From: an uncultured delta proteobacterium
GTDB lineage: Bacteria > Myxococcota > Myxococcia > Myxococcales > Anaeromyxobacteraceae
Assembly: GCA_963845515.1 (NCBI GenBank)
Contig: CAWJSR010000026.1
Coordinates: 64,001 to 128,000, forward strand
DNA: 64,000 nt
Direction: 5' to 3'
Part shown: positions 17,557 through 27,232 of the stretch, piece after piece
Layout: every line of letters begins with the position of its first letter
Position numbering within the stretch: position 1 is the stretch's first letter
Notes under the pieces: model-generated
What the model saw: the letters and a program-made list of their open reading frames with translations, nothing else
Told to the model about the DNA's origin: nothing
Databases searched by the model: none
Made by a program: the position numbers and the translations under genes

Positions 17557-20500
17557 ATGACCAGCGCGTTCCGTCTGTCCGTCGTCATCCTGTCGGCGTC
17601 GCTCCTCTCCGCCTGCGGCGGAGACTCGAAGGAGGGCAAGCCCGGGCCGGGACCCGCGACCACGCTCGCGCTCAGCGGGGTCCCCACCGCCGCCACGGCC
17701 GGCGTCGCCGCGCTCGTCACGGCGACCGTGAGCGACGCGTCCGGGAAGGTGGCGACCGGCTACCGCGGCACGGTGCACCTCGCGTCGACGGATCCCGGGG
17801 CGCAGCTGCCGGCGGACCTCGCCTTCACCGAGGCCGACGCGGGCGAGCGCACCTTCGCGGTCGTCTGGCGGACGGCCGGCGCGGGCGACCTCACCGCCGC
17901 CGACGTCTCGGACGCGTCCCTCACCGTCACGGTGGCGACCTCGGTCGCCGCCGCCGACGCCGTCCGGCTCGCCTTCGCCGACGCGCCATCCGGCGCGACG
18001 GCCGGGGCGATCCTCGCGCCCGCGGTCCGTGTCTCGGTCCTGGACGCCTTCGGGAACCTCGTGACCTCCGGGACCCCGAGCGTGAGCCTGGAGCTCCAGG
18101 GAGGCTCCCCGGAGGCGCTCCTCTCCGGAGGTGGAGTCAACGTCGCCTCGAGCGGCGTCGCCGAGTTCGCGGCGGCCTCGGTGGACCGGGCCGGAGCCGG
18201 CTACAGGCTCGCCGCCGAGGCTCCCGGGCTGCTGGGCGCCACGAGCGCGCCCTTCTCCGTCGTCCCGGCCGATCCTGACGCGTCGGCGAGCTCAGTCTCG
18301 GCGCTCCCAGGCTCGCTCCCGGCGGGCGGCACGGCCTCCCTGACCGCGACGGTCCGGGACGTCTTCGGCAACCCGATCCCCGGTGTGACCGTCACGTTCC
18401 AGGCGACCGGGGCAGACAGCACGCTCTCGCAGCCCGCTGCCGTCACCGATGCGGCGGGAGTGGCCGCGGGGAGCCTCTCCTCCACCGCGGCTGGATCGAA
18501 GACGGTCGCGGCGCAGGCGGGATCGCTCCCGCTGGCGCCGCAGCCGGTCGTCACCTTCGCAGCGACGCACGTTGATCAGGCCCGCTCGACCGCCGTCGCC
18601 GCGCCCGCCTCCGTCGTCGCCGACGGGGCGACCCCTTCCACGATCACGGTCACGCTCCTCGACGCCTTCGGCAACCCGGTCCCGGGGCAGTGGGCAACGC
18701 TCTCCTCCAGCCGCGGGGCGGCCGATGCGCTCTCCTCGAGCCTGGAGACCTCCGACGCCTCGGGCACCGCCAGCTTCACGCTGCGATCCGCCGCCGCGGG
18801 CGCGTCGACCCTCACGGTCGTCGTCCAGTCGGTCGCCACGCCCGTATCACTCTCCGTGCCGGTGACCTTCGTCGCAGGCCCCGTGAGCGCCAGCGCGTCG
18901 ACGGTCGTCTCCTCCCCGTCGACGGTGAGCGCCGACGGGTCGAGCCCAGCCACCGTCACGGTGACGCTCCTGGACGCAGCGGGGAATCCGGTCCCGGGAA
19001 AGGACGTCGCGCTCGCCTCCGACCGGGGGATTGACGACACCGTCACGCCGGCGTCGGCAATCTCCGACGCCGCGGGCGCGGTTGCGTTCACGGTGAGCTC
19101 CACGAAGTTCGGAGCGGCCACCTTCACCGCCGCCGACACGAGCGACGGCCTCGCGCTGGCCCAGACTGCGCGGGTCGCCTTCGTCGGGACTGTGAGCCCC
19201 TCGCGGTCGACCGTCGTACCGTCGCCCGCGCCGGTCCTCGCGGACGGCGCGGCCTCCTCGGCGATCACGGTGCGCGTGGTCGACGCCTTCGGGAACCCGG
19301 TCGCAGGCGAGGACGTCGCGCTAGCCTCCGACCGGGGGGCCACCGACACGATCTCCCCCGCCTCGGGGACGACCGACGCGGCGGGCCAGGTCGCGTTCAC
19401 CGTGACGTCGCGCAGGTTCGGGGTCTCCACCCTCACGGCCACGCTCACCGCCTACGGCGTGACGCTGACCCAGACCCCGACCGTGACCTTCCTGAGCTAC
19501 CTCGTCTTCGCGACCCAGCCGGCCGCCACCGCGACGAGCGGGAGCGCGTTCGATCCGCTGGTGACGGTGGCGGCGCGTGACGCGGAGGGGAACACCGACG
19601 CGGCGTTCGCCTCCGACGTCACGCTCGCCGTGGGCGCCAACCCCTCCGGCGGCGTCCTGCACGGAACGCTCACGGTCGCGCCCGTCGCCGGCGTGGCGAC
19701 CTTCCCCGACGCCTTCGTGGACAAGGCCGGGAGCGGCTACACGCTGGTCGCGACGACGGCGGCGGCCGGCGTTCCGCCGGTGACGAGCAGCCTCTTCCTC
19801 GTCGCGCCGGGCAGCCCGGCGGCGCTCGCCTTCGCCGTCCAGCCGTCCAACTCGGGGGCCGGCATCCATCCGATGATCCCGGTCGCGGTCCAGGACGCCT
19901 GGGGGAACACGACGACCGCGACCGGGGTCGAGGTCTCGCTCGCCCTCGGCGCCAACCCGGGCGGCGCCACGCTCGGTGGGACGCTCACGGCGGCGAGCGT
20001 CCTCGGGATCGCGACGTTCGAGGGGCTGACCGTCTCTGCCACCGGGGCGGGCTACACGCTCGTCGCGTCGGATCCGCTCGGCGTCCTCGCCTCCGCGACC
20101 AGCCTCCCCTTCGACGTCGAGGCCCCGATCTACGTGGGTGACGGCACCCCCGCGAGCTGCACCGAGGCGACCCTGGCCGCCGCCCTGGCGACGGGTGGCC
20201 ACATCCACTTCGCCTGCGGCCCGGACCCGGTGACGATCACGCTCACGAGCACGAAGACGATCGGCGCGGACGTCGGCCTCGATGGCGAGGGGCGGGTTAC
20301 GCTGAGCGGCGGCAGCGCCGTGCAGCTCTTCTCAGTCGCCGCCGGCCGCACCTTCGCCCTGGAGAACCTCACGATCACCGCCGGGGCGAGCGGTGGCAAC
20401 GGCGGCGCCATCTACAGCGCCGGGACCCTCCTCGTCTCCGACTGCACCCTCTCCAGCTCCGTCGCCGGCCGCTCCGACGCCTACTACGCCACCGCGGCCA

Positions 20501-21597
20501 ACGGCGGCGCCATCTTCAGCGACGGCGGCACGCTGCTCGTGAGCGGCACCACCTTCTCGGGCAACCGGACCGGCGGCGACTGGAACGCGTACGGCACCTA
20601 CTGCAACGGGGGGGCGATCTTCGGCGCCGGCGGAACGATCATCGTGGCCGACTCCACCTTCTCGGGGAACGCCACCGGCAGCTCCTGGGCGCACGAGAGC
20701 ACGATCGGGAACGGGGGGGCCATCTTCCACGCCGGCGGGTCGCTGCGGGTCACCGGCTGCACCTTCTCGGGCAACACCGCGAGCGCCAGCCGGCCGTACG
20801 CCGGCACGGCCGGCACGGGGGGGGCCATCCACCACGCGGGCGGCGCGCTGCTGGTGTCCGGCACCACCTTCTCCGGAAACAGCGCGAGCTCCTACGACTC
20901 CAACAGCTCGACGGCCGGCACCGGCGGGGCGATCCATCACGCCGGCGGCACGGCGCTGGTGACCGGCTCAACTTTCTCCGCCAACGGCGCCAACGGCGAC
21001 TGGAGCCACTCCAGCACGTCGGCCGGCGGCGGAGCGATCTTCAGCGCCGCGGGAGTGCTCGTCGCCGCCAACTCCACCTTCACGGGCAACGGCGCGAGCG
21101 TCGGCTGGAGCTTCTACAGCACCGCCGGCTGCGGAGGAGCCGTCTTCAACGCCGGGAGCCGGCTGGAGCTCGTCAACGTCACGCTCGCCGACAACACCGT
21201 CGGCGGCGGCTACTGCTACTCCAGCACGTGCGCCGTGGCCGGCGCGATCTACGGAGGAGCCACGCTGACCAACACCATCGTCGCGCGCGGCGCGGCCGGC
21301 GCGAACTGCTCGGGCGCCTTCGTCGACGGTGGCCACGACCTCGACTCGGACGGGACCTGCGGCGTCGGGCCGGCGACGGACCCGCTCCTCGACGCGGCCG
21401 GGCTCGCGGACAATGGCGGCCCGACCAGGACCATCGCCCTCCAGGAGACTAGCCCGGCCATCGACGCGGCGGACGGGGGCGTCTGCGCGGCCGAGCCGGT
21501 GATGGGGGTCGACCAGCGCGGCTACCAGCGGCCCGGGACCGGGGCCAGCGCCTGCTCCATCGGCGCCTTCGAGTACGACTCGCCCGGCCCTCCGTAG
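17557..21597 (+). CDS. large surface lipoprotein: invasin-like Ig (Big_1) repeats, Pmp-like GGAI/FxxN beta-helix, choice-of-anchor-Q-like C-terminus
   Basis: Lipobox LLSAC; four D-x-x-GNP(V/I)-x-G Ig repeats; eight GGA(I/V) repeats; C-terminal LADNGGPTRTIAL..SPAIDA..DQRG..CSIGAFE. Confidence 0.85.
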   Translation: MTSAFRLSVVILSASLLSACGGDSKEGKPGPGPATTLALSGVPTAATAGVAALVTATVSDASGKVATGYRGTVHLASTDPGAQLPADLAFTEADAGERTFAVVWRTAGAGDLTAADVSDASLTVTVATSVAAADAVRLAFADAPSGATAGAILAPAVRVSVLDAFGNLVTSGTPSVSLELQGGSPEALLSGGGVNVASSGVAEFAAASVDRAGAGYRLAAEAPGLLGATSAPFSVVPADPDASASSVSALPGSLPAGGTASLTATVRDVFGNPIPGVTVTFQATGADSTLSQPAAVTDAAGVAAGSLSSTAAGSKTVAAQAGSLPLAPQPVVTFAATHVDQARSTAVAAPASVVADGATPSTITVTLLDAFGNPVPGQWATLSSSRGAADALSSSLETSDASGTASFTLRSAAAGASTLTVVVQSVATPVSLSVPVTFVAGPVSASASTVVSSPSTVSADGSSPATVTVTLLDAAGNPVPGKDVALASDRGIDDTVTPASAISDAAGAVAFTVSSTKFGAATFTAADTSDGLALAQTARVAFVGTVSPSRSTVVPSPAPVLADGAASSAITVRVVDAFGNPVAGEDVALASDRGATDTISPASGTTDAAGQVAFTVTSRRFGVSTLTATLTAYGVTLTQTPTVTFLSYLVFATQPAATATSGSAFDPLVTVAARDAEGNTDAAFASDVTLAVGANPSGGVLHGTLTVAPVAGVATFPDAFVDKAGSGYTLVATTAAAGVPPVTSSLFLVAPGSPAALAFAVQPSNSGAGIHPMIPVAVQDAWGNTTTATGVEVSLALGANPGGATLGGTLTAASVLGIATFEGLTVSATGAGYTLVASDPLGVLASATSLPFDVEAPIYVGDGTPASCTEATLAAALATGGHIHFACGPDPVTITLTSTKTIGADVGLDGEGRVTLSGGSAVQLFSVAAGRTFALENLTITAGASGGNGGAIYSAGTLLVSDCTLSSSVAGRSDAYYATAANGGAIFSDGGTLLVSGTTFSGNRTGGDWNAYGTYCNGGAIFGAGGTIIVADSTFSGNATGSSWAHESTIGNGGAIFHAGGSLRVTGCTFSGNTASASRPYAGTAGTGGAIHHAGGALLVSGTTFSGNSASSYDSNSSTAGTGGAIHHAGGTALVTGSTFSANGANGDWSHSSTSAGGGAIFSAAGVLVAANSTFTGNGASVGWSFYSTAGCGGAVFNAGSRLELVNVTLADNTVGGGYCYSSTCAVAGAIYGGATLTNTIVARGAAGANCSGAFVDGGHDLDSDGTCGVGPATDPLLDAAGLADNGGPTRTIALQETSPAIDAADGGVCAAEPVMGVDQRGYQRPGTGASACSIGAFEYDSPGPP

Positions 21598-21626
21598 CGG
21601 GGCCAGGGGGCACCCTCGGTGGAGCT

Positions 21627-21671
21627 CCCTCACCCGGTCACTCTCCCTCGATGAGTCAGCGAGGGAGAGTG
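21627..21671. repeat. divergent family A palindromic repeat (copy 3)
   Basis: CCCTCACCC leader then CACTCTCCCTCG-9nt-CGAGGGAGAGTG 12-bp stem, between convergent genes. Confidence 0.6.
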
Positions 21672-22708
21672 GACGGGGCCGGGAGCCGCACCTCCCCCGC
21701 CGCGATCGCCCGCTCCACCCGCTCGCCGGGCGCGAGCGCCGTCCCTCCCCACAGCACGGCGTCCCGGACGACGGCCCCGGCGGCGACGCGGCAGCCTGGG
21801 CCGACCACGGCGTTCGGCCCGACGCGCGCCCCCGCCTCCACGACGGCCCCCGCACCCAGCAGGACCGGCCCCACCAGCGAGGCGGCGGGATCGATCCGCG
21901 CGTCGCGCGCGGCGCGCACGCCCGGGCCGCGCTCCACGCAGCCGGCGAACGGATCGATCCCTTCGAAGGGGCCCAGTGGAACCCGCCCGGCGAGCAGGTC
22001 GGCGTGGGCCGCGAGGTAGCGATCGGGCGCGCCCAGGTCGTTCCAGTAACCGTCGACGAGGAGGGCCCGCACCCGCCCGCCCGACATCAGCGGCGGGTAG
22101 ACGTGCCGGTTGATGTCGCACTCGAAGGGCGACGCCGGGACCAGGTCGAGCAGCGCCGGCGACAGGACGTGGACGCCCGAGAAGTGGAGCGGCGTGAGCC
22201 CCTCGCCGCCCGGCCCGAAGCTCCCGGCGATCCGCCTGACCGCGCCCCCCGGGTCCACCTCCACCGCGGCGTAGCGTCCGCCAGCGGGCATCTGAAGCAG
22301 GACCATCGTGGCCAGCGCGCCGGACGCGCGGTGGTCCGAGAGCGCCCCTGCCAGGTCGACGTCGAAGAGGACGTCGCCGTTCAGCAGCAGCACGGTCTCC
22401 GCGCCGGCGAGCAGCGCGCGCGCCTCGCGCAGCGCGCCGCCGGTGCCGGCGATGATCGGCTCGCGCGAGACCGCCATCTCCATCCCGAGCGCCGCTGCCG
22501 CCGCGCGCGCCTCCCGCTCCATCTCCTCCGGGAGGTGGTGGAGGTTGACGACGGCGCGTCGGACCCCGGCGCCCCGCAGGAGCGCGAGCGACCAGCGGAC
22601 GAGCGGGACGTTGGCGACCGGGACGGCCGGCTTGGGGACCCGCTCGGTGAGCGGCCGCAGCCGCGTGCCGAGCCCTGCACAGAGGACCATCCCGACGATC
22701 TCGCCCAC
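21656..22708 (-). CDS. NDP-sugar pyrophosphorylase family protein (MurU / GDP-mannose pyrophosphorylase-like)
   Basis: GMVLCAGLGTRLRPLTERVPKP, GTGGAL, LNGDVL, FSGVHVL, YWNDLG, C-terminal hexapeptide repeats; GTG start at 22708. Confidence 0.88.
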   Translation of the reverse strand: MGEIVGMVLCAGLGTRLRPLTERVPKPAVPVANVPLVRWSLALLRGAGVRRAVVNLHHLPEEMEREARAAAAALGMEMAVSREPIIAGTGGALREARALLAGAETVLLLNGDVLFDVDLAGALSDHRASGALATMVLLQMPAGGRYAAVEVDPGGAVRRIAGSFGPGGEGLTPLHFSGVHVLSPALLDLVPASPFECDINRHVYPPLMSGGRVRALLVDGYWNDLGAPDRYLAAHADLLAGRVPLGPFEGIDPFAGCVERGPGVRAARDARIDPAASLVGPVLLGAGAVVEAGARVGPNAVVGPGCRVAAGAVVRDAVLWGGTALAPGERVERAIAAGEVRLPAPSTLPR

Positions 22709-22750
22709 CGGTTCAACCTCCCGACGCGTCCGTGATACCCAGACTACCCG

Positions 22751-23902
22751 ATGGCCCCCGCCACGCGCCTCCGCCTCGTCTACTTCCTCTACTACGGCGG
22801 GGTCGGGACGCTCATGCCGTACTTCGGCGCGTACCTGCGCGGCCTCGGCTTCTCGGGCGGCGTGATCGGCACGATCCAGATGATCCCGTCGCTCCTCGCG
22901 CCGGCCGTCGCGATCGGCTGGGCCACGTTCGCCGACCACCGCGCGACGCCGGCCCGCGCGCTGCGGCTCGCCTCCGCGTGGGCCGCCCTCGCGATCCTCG
23001 CCCTCCCCTTCGCGCGGGCGCCGTGGCAGATCGGCGCCGTGATGGCAGCGATGGCGCTGGGGAGCGCCGCCGTCGTGCCGCTCACCGACTCGATCACGCT
23101 GGAGCACTGCCGCGACAACCCCGGCGTCTCGTACGCGCGGATCCGGCTCTTCGGCTCGCTGGGCTTCATCGCCCTGACGCTGGCGGTCGGCCGGCTCCTC
23201 ACGCTTCGCGGAGCCCGGCCCGCCGACGTGGTGGTCCCGCTCGTCACGGCCGCGAGCGTCGTCGGCTATGCGCTCGTGGCCCGCGGCGCGCCGCAGCCTC
23301 CGCACCACGGCGGGCGCCCGCCGCCAGGCGCGCTGCTCGACCTGGCGCGCGACCCGCGGCTGCTCCTGCTCCTGGGCGCGGCGGCGATCCACTGGGCCGC
23401 CTGCGCGCCGTACCACCTCTTCTTCGGCGTCCACGTCCGCGACCTCGGCCTCCCCGCGGACGTCACCGGGATCGGGATGGGGATCGGCGTGGTCGCCGAG
23501 ATCGTGGCGCTCCTCTACTTCCCGCGCCTCGAGCGGCGCTTCGCCCAGCGAACGCTCCTGACGATCGCGTTCCTGGGCTCCGCCGTCCGCTGGGCGATCA
23601 TGTCCCGCGTGACCGGCGCGGCGGCGGTCGCGGGGCTGCAGGCGTTCCACGGCGTCACGTTCGGCATCTTCTGGGGCTCGGCGATGAGGGGGATCGCGGA
23701 GCTGGTCCCGCCGCGGCTGCGCGCCACGGGCCAGGCGCTCTTCACGGCCGTCGTCTTCGGCGGCGGCAACGCGATCGGCTACGCGCTGTCCGGGTGGGGC
23801 TACGACCGGTTCGGCGGCGTCGGGCCCGTCTTCGCGGCGGCGGCCGTCGCCGAGCTCCTGGCGCTCGCGGTGGTGATCCTCAGCCCGCGTGCGCAGCCGT
23901 GA
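22751..23902 (+). CDS. MFS transporter (HcaT/MFS_1-like)
   Basis: About 12 hydrophobic segments; YFLYYGGVG, YARIRLFGSLGF, LQAFHGVTFG, ATGQALF. Confidence 0.88.
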   Translation: MAPATRLRLVYFLYYGGVGTLMPYFGAYLRGLGFSGGVIGTIQMIPSLLAPAVAIGWATFADHRATPARALRLASAWAALAILALPFARAPWQIGAVMAAMALGSAAVVPLTDSITLEHCRDNPGVSYARIRLFGSLGFIALTLAVGRLLTLRGARPADVVVPLVTAASVVGYALVARGAPQPPHHGGRPPPGALLDLARDPRLLLLLGAAAIHWAACAPYHLFFGVHVRDLGLPADVTGIGMGIGVVAEIVALLYFPRLERRFAQRTLLTIAFLGSAVRWAIMSRVTGAAAVAGLQAFHGVTFGIFWGSAMRGIAELVPPRLRATGQALFTAVVFGGGNAIGYALSGWGYDRFGGVGPVFAAAAVAELLALAVVILSPRAQP

Positions 23903-24617
23903 CACCCTCGAGCGGCTGGGCCGCCGCCACCAGCTCGCCGAACCGGAGCGCGTACGCCGGCCCGCGCGCCTCCTCCTCGTGCTTGAAGAAGACGAACGCC
24001 TCGTCCCACGGCTGCGCGCGGACCGTCTCCGCCCAGCGGACGAGCCCGGCCTCGTCGTAGTCGGGGCGGCGCAGGCGCAGGTAGCCGAAGCGAGCCGTCG
24101 CCACGAGCGGCGTCGAGCGCTCCTCCTCGTCGGCGATGCACAGCGCCGCGCCTGCGTCGGCGAGCGCCCGCATGACATCCTCGGAGAACCAGCTCTCGTG
24201 CCTGAACTCGAACGCCGCGCGGCCGCCGGGGGGGAGCAGCCCGAGGAACTCCTGGAGCCTCCCGAGCTCCTTCTTCGCGTTTGGCGGGAGCTGCCAGAGG
24301 ACCGGCCCGAGCGTCCCCTCAAGCTCCGCGGCGACGCGGTAGAACCAGGCGACGTCCTCGGCGACGCCGGCGAGCCGCTTCACGTGCGTGATCCGCTGCG
24401 GCCCCTTGAGCGCGAAGACGAAGGACGGCGGCACGGCGGCGCGCCAGGCCGCCAGGGGCTTCGCCTGGGGCATCCGGTAGAAGGTGTTGTTGATCTCGAC
24501 CGTCGGCAGCCGGGCCGCGTAGGCGGCTAGCATCCGGGAGGCCGGCAGGGCGTCCGGGTAGAACGACCCCTTCCAGGCAGGGTAGCTGAACCCGCTCGTG
24601 CCGGCGCGAACCCGCAT
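23880..24617 (-). CDS. DUF72 family protein
   Basis: GTSGFSYPAWKGSFYP, VEINNTFYR, FALKGPQRITH, LWQLPP, AFEFRHESW. Confidence 0.93.
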   Translation of the reverse strand: MRVRAGTSGFSYPAWKGSFYPDALPASRMLAAYAARLPTVEINNTFYRMPQAKPLAAWRAAVPPSFVFALKGPQRITHVKRLAGVAEDVAWFYRVAAELEGTLGPVLWQLPPNAKKELGRLQEFLGLLPPGGRAAFEFRHESWFSEDVMRALADAGAALCIADEEERSTPLVATARFGYLRLRRPDYDEAGLVRWAETVRAQPWDEAFVFFKHEEEARGPAYALRFGELVAAAQPLEGVTAAHAG

Positions 24618-24714
24618 GGCGACCGAATACCCTGCAGGCAGCCAGCTCGCCCCGGCTCGATGGGCTCCCGCGACGGCGGGGGAGCCCGCCCCGCGAGCGC
24701 GCCGGTGAGCCCCA

Positions 24715-25314
24715 TCACCTCACGGCGCGGAGGGTCTTCGCGCCCAGCACCTTCCGAAGGACCAGGAAGAGCTCGGCCGTCGCGATGGCGTCGGTCAGCG
24801 CGTCGTGCGCCTGGTACTCGGGCAGGCCGAACTGGCGCCGCGCCCTGGTCAGGTTGAGCGCGGGGAGCTCGCGCGGGAGGTGGGGCTCGCGGCGCAGGCG
24901 GTGGTGGGAGACCCGGACCAGGAGATCGACGGTGTCTACCACTGGCGGACGCGGCCACCGCAGCCCGCACTCGCGGTAGGCCCGGCGGAGGAAGGCGAGA
25001 TCCAGGCTGCGGTGGTGGAGGAGCAGCACCCCCTCACGTAGCCGACGATCTATCTCCGGCAGCACCTCGCAGACCGGCGGCGCATCGCGGACCTCTCCCC
25101 AGACGAGCTGGTGGGCCTTCACCGAGTCGGGGTCTATCCCTCCCGCGGAGTCGGGGCGCACGAGCGTGCACCAGGCCTGCCCGAGCCGGATCGTCCCCTC
25201 GCGGATCGGGACCATCCCCACCGCCAGCATGGCGTCCTTGCGGGCGTCGAGCCCACCCGTCTCGAGATCGAGCGACCAGTAGACGACCGAGTCCCAGGGC
25301 GGGGACGAGAACAC
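24715..25314 (-). CDS. DEDDh 3'-5' exonuclease (DnaQ-like)
   Basis: SLDLETGG, HHRSLD, VVDT, AHDALTDAIATAELF; all catalytic positions present. Confidence 0.9.
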   Translation of the reverse strand: MFSSPPWDSVVYWSLDLETGGLDARKDAMLAVGMVPIREGTIRLGQAWCTLVRPDSAGGIDPDSVKAHQLVWGEVRDAPPVCEVLPEIDRRLREGVLLLHHRSLDLAFLRRAYRECGLRWPRPPVVDTVDLLVRVSHHRLRREPHLPRELPALNLTRARRQFGLPEYQAHDALTDAIATAELFLVLRKVLGAKTLRAVR

Positions 25315-25384
25315 TAGCGCCCCGACCCGGGCGTGGGCACGCAGCGAGAGCGTCGAGGCCGGGACAGCGGCGCTGGCACCGTCA

Positions 25385-27190
25385 CTAGAACTCCAGCTTG
25401 AAGTGGAAGGTGCCGCGATCCTGCCAGCTGCGGATCGCGCGGAAGGAGTCCTTCAGCCGGCTCCGCTCGATGGCGGTGAGCTGGGCGAGCGTGATCTTGT
25501 TGGTCGCCTGGCCGCCCTCCGCGATCGTCTGCAGCTGCCGGCGCAGCCGCAGCCCGAGGACGAACCGGTAGGCCTCCACGATGTTCTCCTCGTTCTCCTG
25601 GTCGATCAGGCCGGCGCGGCGCGCCACCGAGATCCGCTCCAGCGTGTTGCGCGCCCTGCTCCCCGCCTCCAGCGCGTAGGCCCGCGCCAGGAAGACGATC
25701 GGTGAGACCCCCTGCAGCTTCAGGTCCATCTCCGACTCGCTCCCGCGCAGCCGCATCAGGAGCGAAGGCGGCGGCCTGAAGTCCATGGCGGAGCGGGCGA
25801 GGAAGCGCAGGAAGGTGGGCGCGTGCGCGGCGCGGGTCACGATGTCGTCCAGGACGGTCAGCGGAAGGTCGCCAGCGACCCGCCTGAAGTCGAAGAAGAT
25901 CGACGCCTCGAGCAGCGCCTTCGGCTGGGGGGAGTCGATCCACCCTGCGAACCGCGTGGCCCACTCGCCGAGCGTCGAGTGCCAGTTCCTCGCCATGTAG
26001 CCGCCGGCGCAGCGCGGGAAGCCCGCCTTCTCCAGATCGCCGTTCGCGCGCTCGGCGAGCCTCTGGAAGTACTCGCGGTGCTCCGCCCCTTCGTCGGCGT
26101 AGACGAGCGCGTTGTCCTGGTCGGTGAGGAGCATCTGCTCCATCCGCCCCTCGGAGCCGAAGGCGATCCAGGCGTAGGGCACCGGCGGGGGGCCAATCTC
26201 CTCCTCCGCCCACCGCAGGATGCGGCGCAGGAGCGCGTCGTTGAGCCGCGCGACGAACCCCGAGATCGTCCCACTCTCCAGCCTCCCTGCCACGAGCGCC
26301 GCCACCATCTCGGCGACCTTCGCGGAGTACCCGGCGAGGCTGTCGCGCCCCGGCAGCCGCTCGACGCCGCGGAGCACCGCGACGGGCCCCTGCGCGGAGT
26401 GGCGGAGGAGGTCGCCGCTCGTGACCACCCCGACGATCTCGTCGCCTCGGGTCACCGGCAGGTGATGGACGCCGGCGTCCAGGAGCCGCGCCCAGACGTC
26501 GTAGAGCGGGAGCGTAGACGGGACGGTCAGGAGCGGCCTGGTGAGGATCCGCTCCACCGGCTCCTCCGGCCCGAGGTCGTCGGCGAGCACGCGGTTGCGG
26601 AAGTCGCGGTCCGTCACGATGGCCGGCGGCTCCCCGTGCACGAGGACCGACGAGATCCGCTCGTCGCGCATGATCTTCGCGGCCTCGCCGACCGTGGTCG
26701 TCGGTTCGACCCAGACCGGCGGCCGGAGCGCGAACTGGGAGAGGTCACCGGAGAGGTCCGACCGGAAGAGCGTGACGGGGTCCTGGTGCAGGCTGGCCCG
26801 CAGGCGGGCCGCGAGGCCGAGCGCGAAGTGACCGGCGAACCTCGCGTCGGTCATGAGCTTCCGGAAGGCCTCGGCCGGGATCCGGTAGGCGACGAGGTCC
26901 TCGTCGACCGTGACGTCCATCGTCGCCTCGCCCATCAGGAGCGAGGTGTAGCCGAACGTCTCGCCGTCCTCGACCACCTGCAGCGTCTGGCCGTCCCGCT
27001 CCAGCCGCACCGCCCCCTTGCGGATGACGTACAGGTGGGCGAACGGCGTCCCGCCGACGCGGGTCAGCCGCGTGCCGGCCGGGTAGAACGCGACGTCGAC
27101 GGTGCTCGCCGCCTCATCGAAGAGATCCTGCGGGAGCGCCTGGAAGGGCGTCGTCGCCCGGAGGTACGCCACGGGATCGATCGCGGCCAT
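25385..27190 (-). CDS. cNMP-binding + 2xCBS + DUF294 putative nucleotidyltransferase (paralog 1)
   Basis: LYVIRKGAV (cNMP), RISSVLV/VTDRDFR/HHLPV (CBS), FGSEGRMEQMLLTDQDNAL (GlnD/GlnE-like NTase), IFFDFR, DLKLQG. Confidence 0.92.
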   Translation of the reverse strand: MAAIDPVAYLRATTPFQALPQDLFDEAASTVDVAFYPAGTRLTRVGGTPFAHLYVIRKGAVRLERDGQTLQVVEDGETFGYTSLLMGEATMDVTVDEDLVAYRIPAEAFRKLMTDARFAGHFALGLAARLRASLHQDPVTLFRSDLSGDLSQFALRPPVWVEPTTTVGEAAKIMRDERISSVLVHGEPPAIVTDRDFRNRVLADDLGPEEPVERILTRPLLTVPSTLPLYDVWARLLDAGVHHLPVTRGDEIVGVVTSGDLLRHSAQGPVAVLRGVERLPGRDSLAGYSAKVAEMVAALVAGRLESGTISGFVARLNDALLRRILRWAEEEIGPPPVPYAWIAFGSEGRMEQMLLTDQDNALVYADEGAEHREYFQRLAERANGDLEKAGFPRCAGGYMARNWHSTLGEWATRFAGWIDSPQPKALLEASIFFDFRRVAGDLPLTVLDDIVTRAAHAPTFLRFLARSAMDFRPPPSLLMRLRGSESEMDLKLQGVSPIVFLARAYALEAGSRARNTLERISVARRAGLIDQENEENIVEAYRFVLGLRLRRQLQTIAEGGQATNKITLAQLTAIERSRLKDSFRAIRSWQDRGTFHFKLEF

Positions 27191-27232
27191 GGGGACGCGA
27201 TGATAGCACGGCGCACGAGCGCCCCTCCGCGC

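Noticed and set aside
20401..21243. Variable loops as a diversity-generating retroelement target
   Set aside because: No reverse transcriptase or template repeat in the window; NNC codons are expected from GC-rich codon usage
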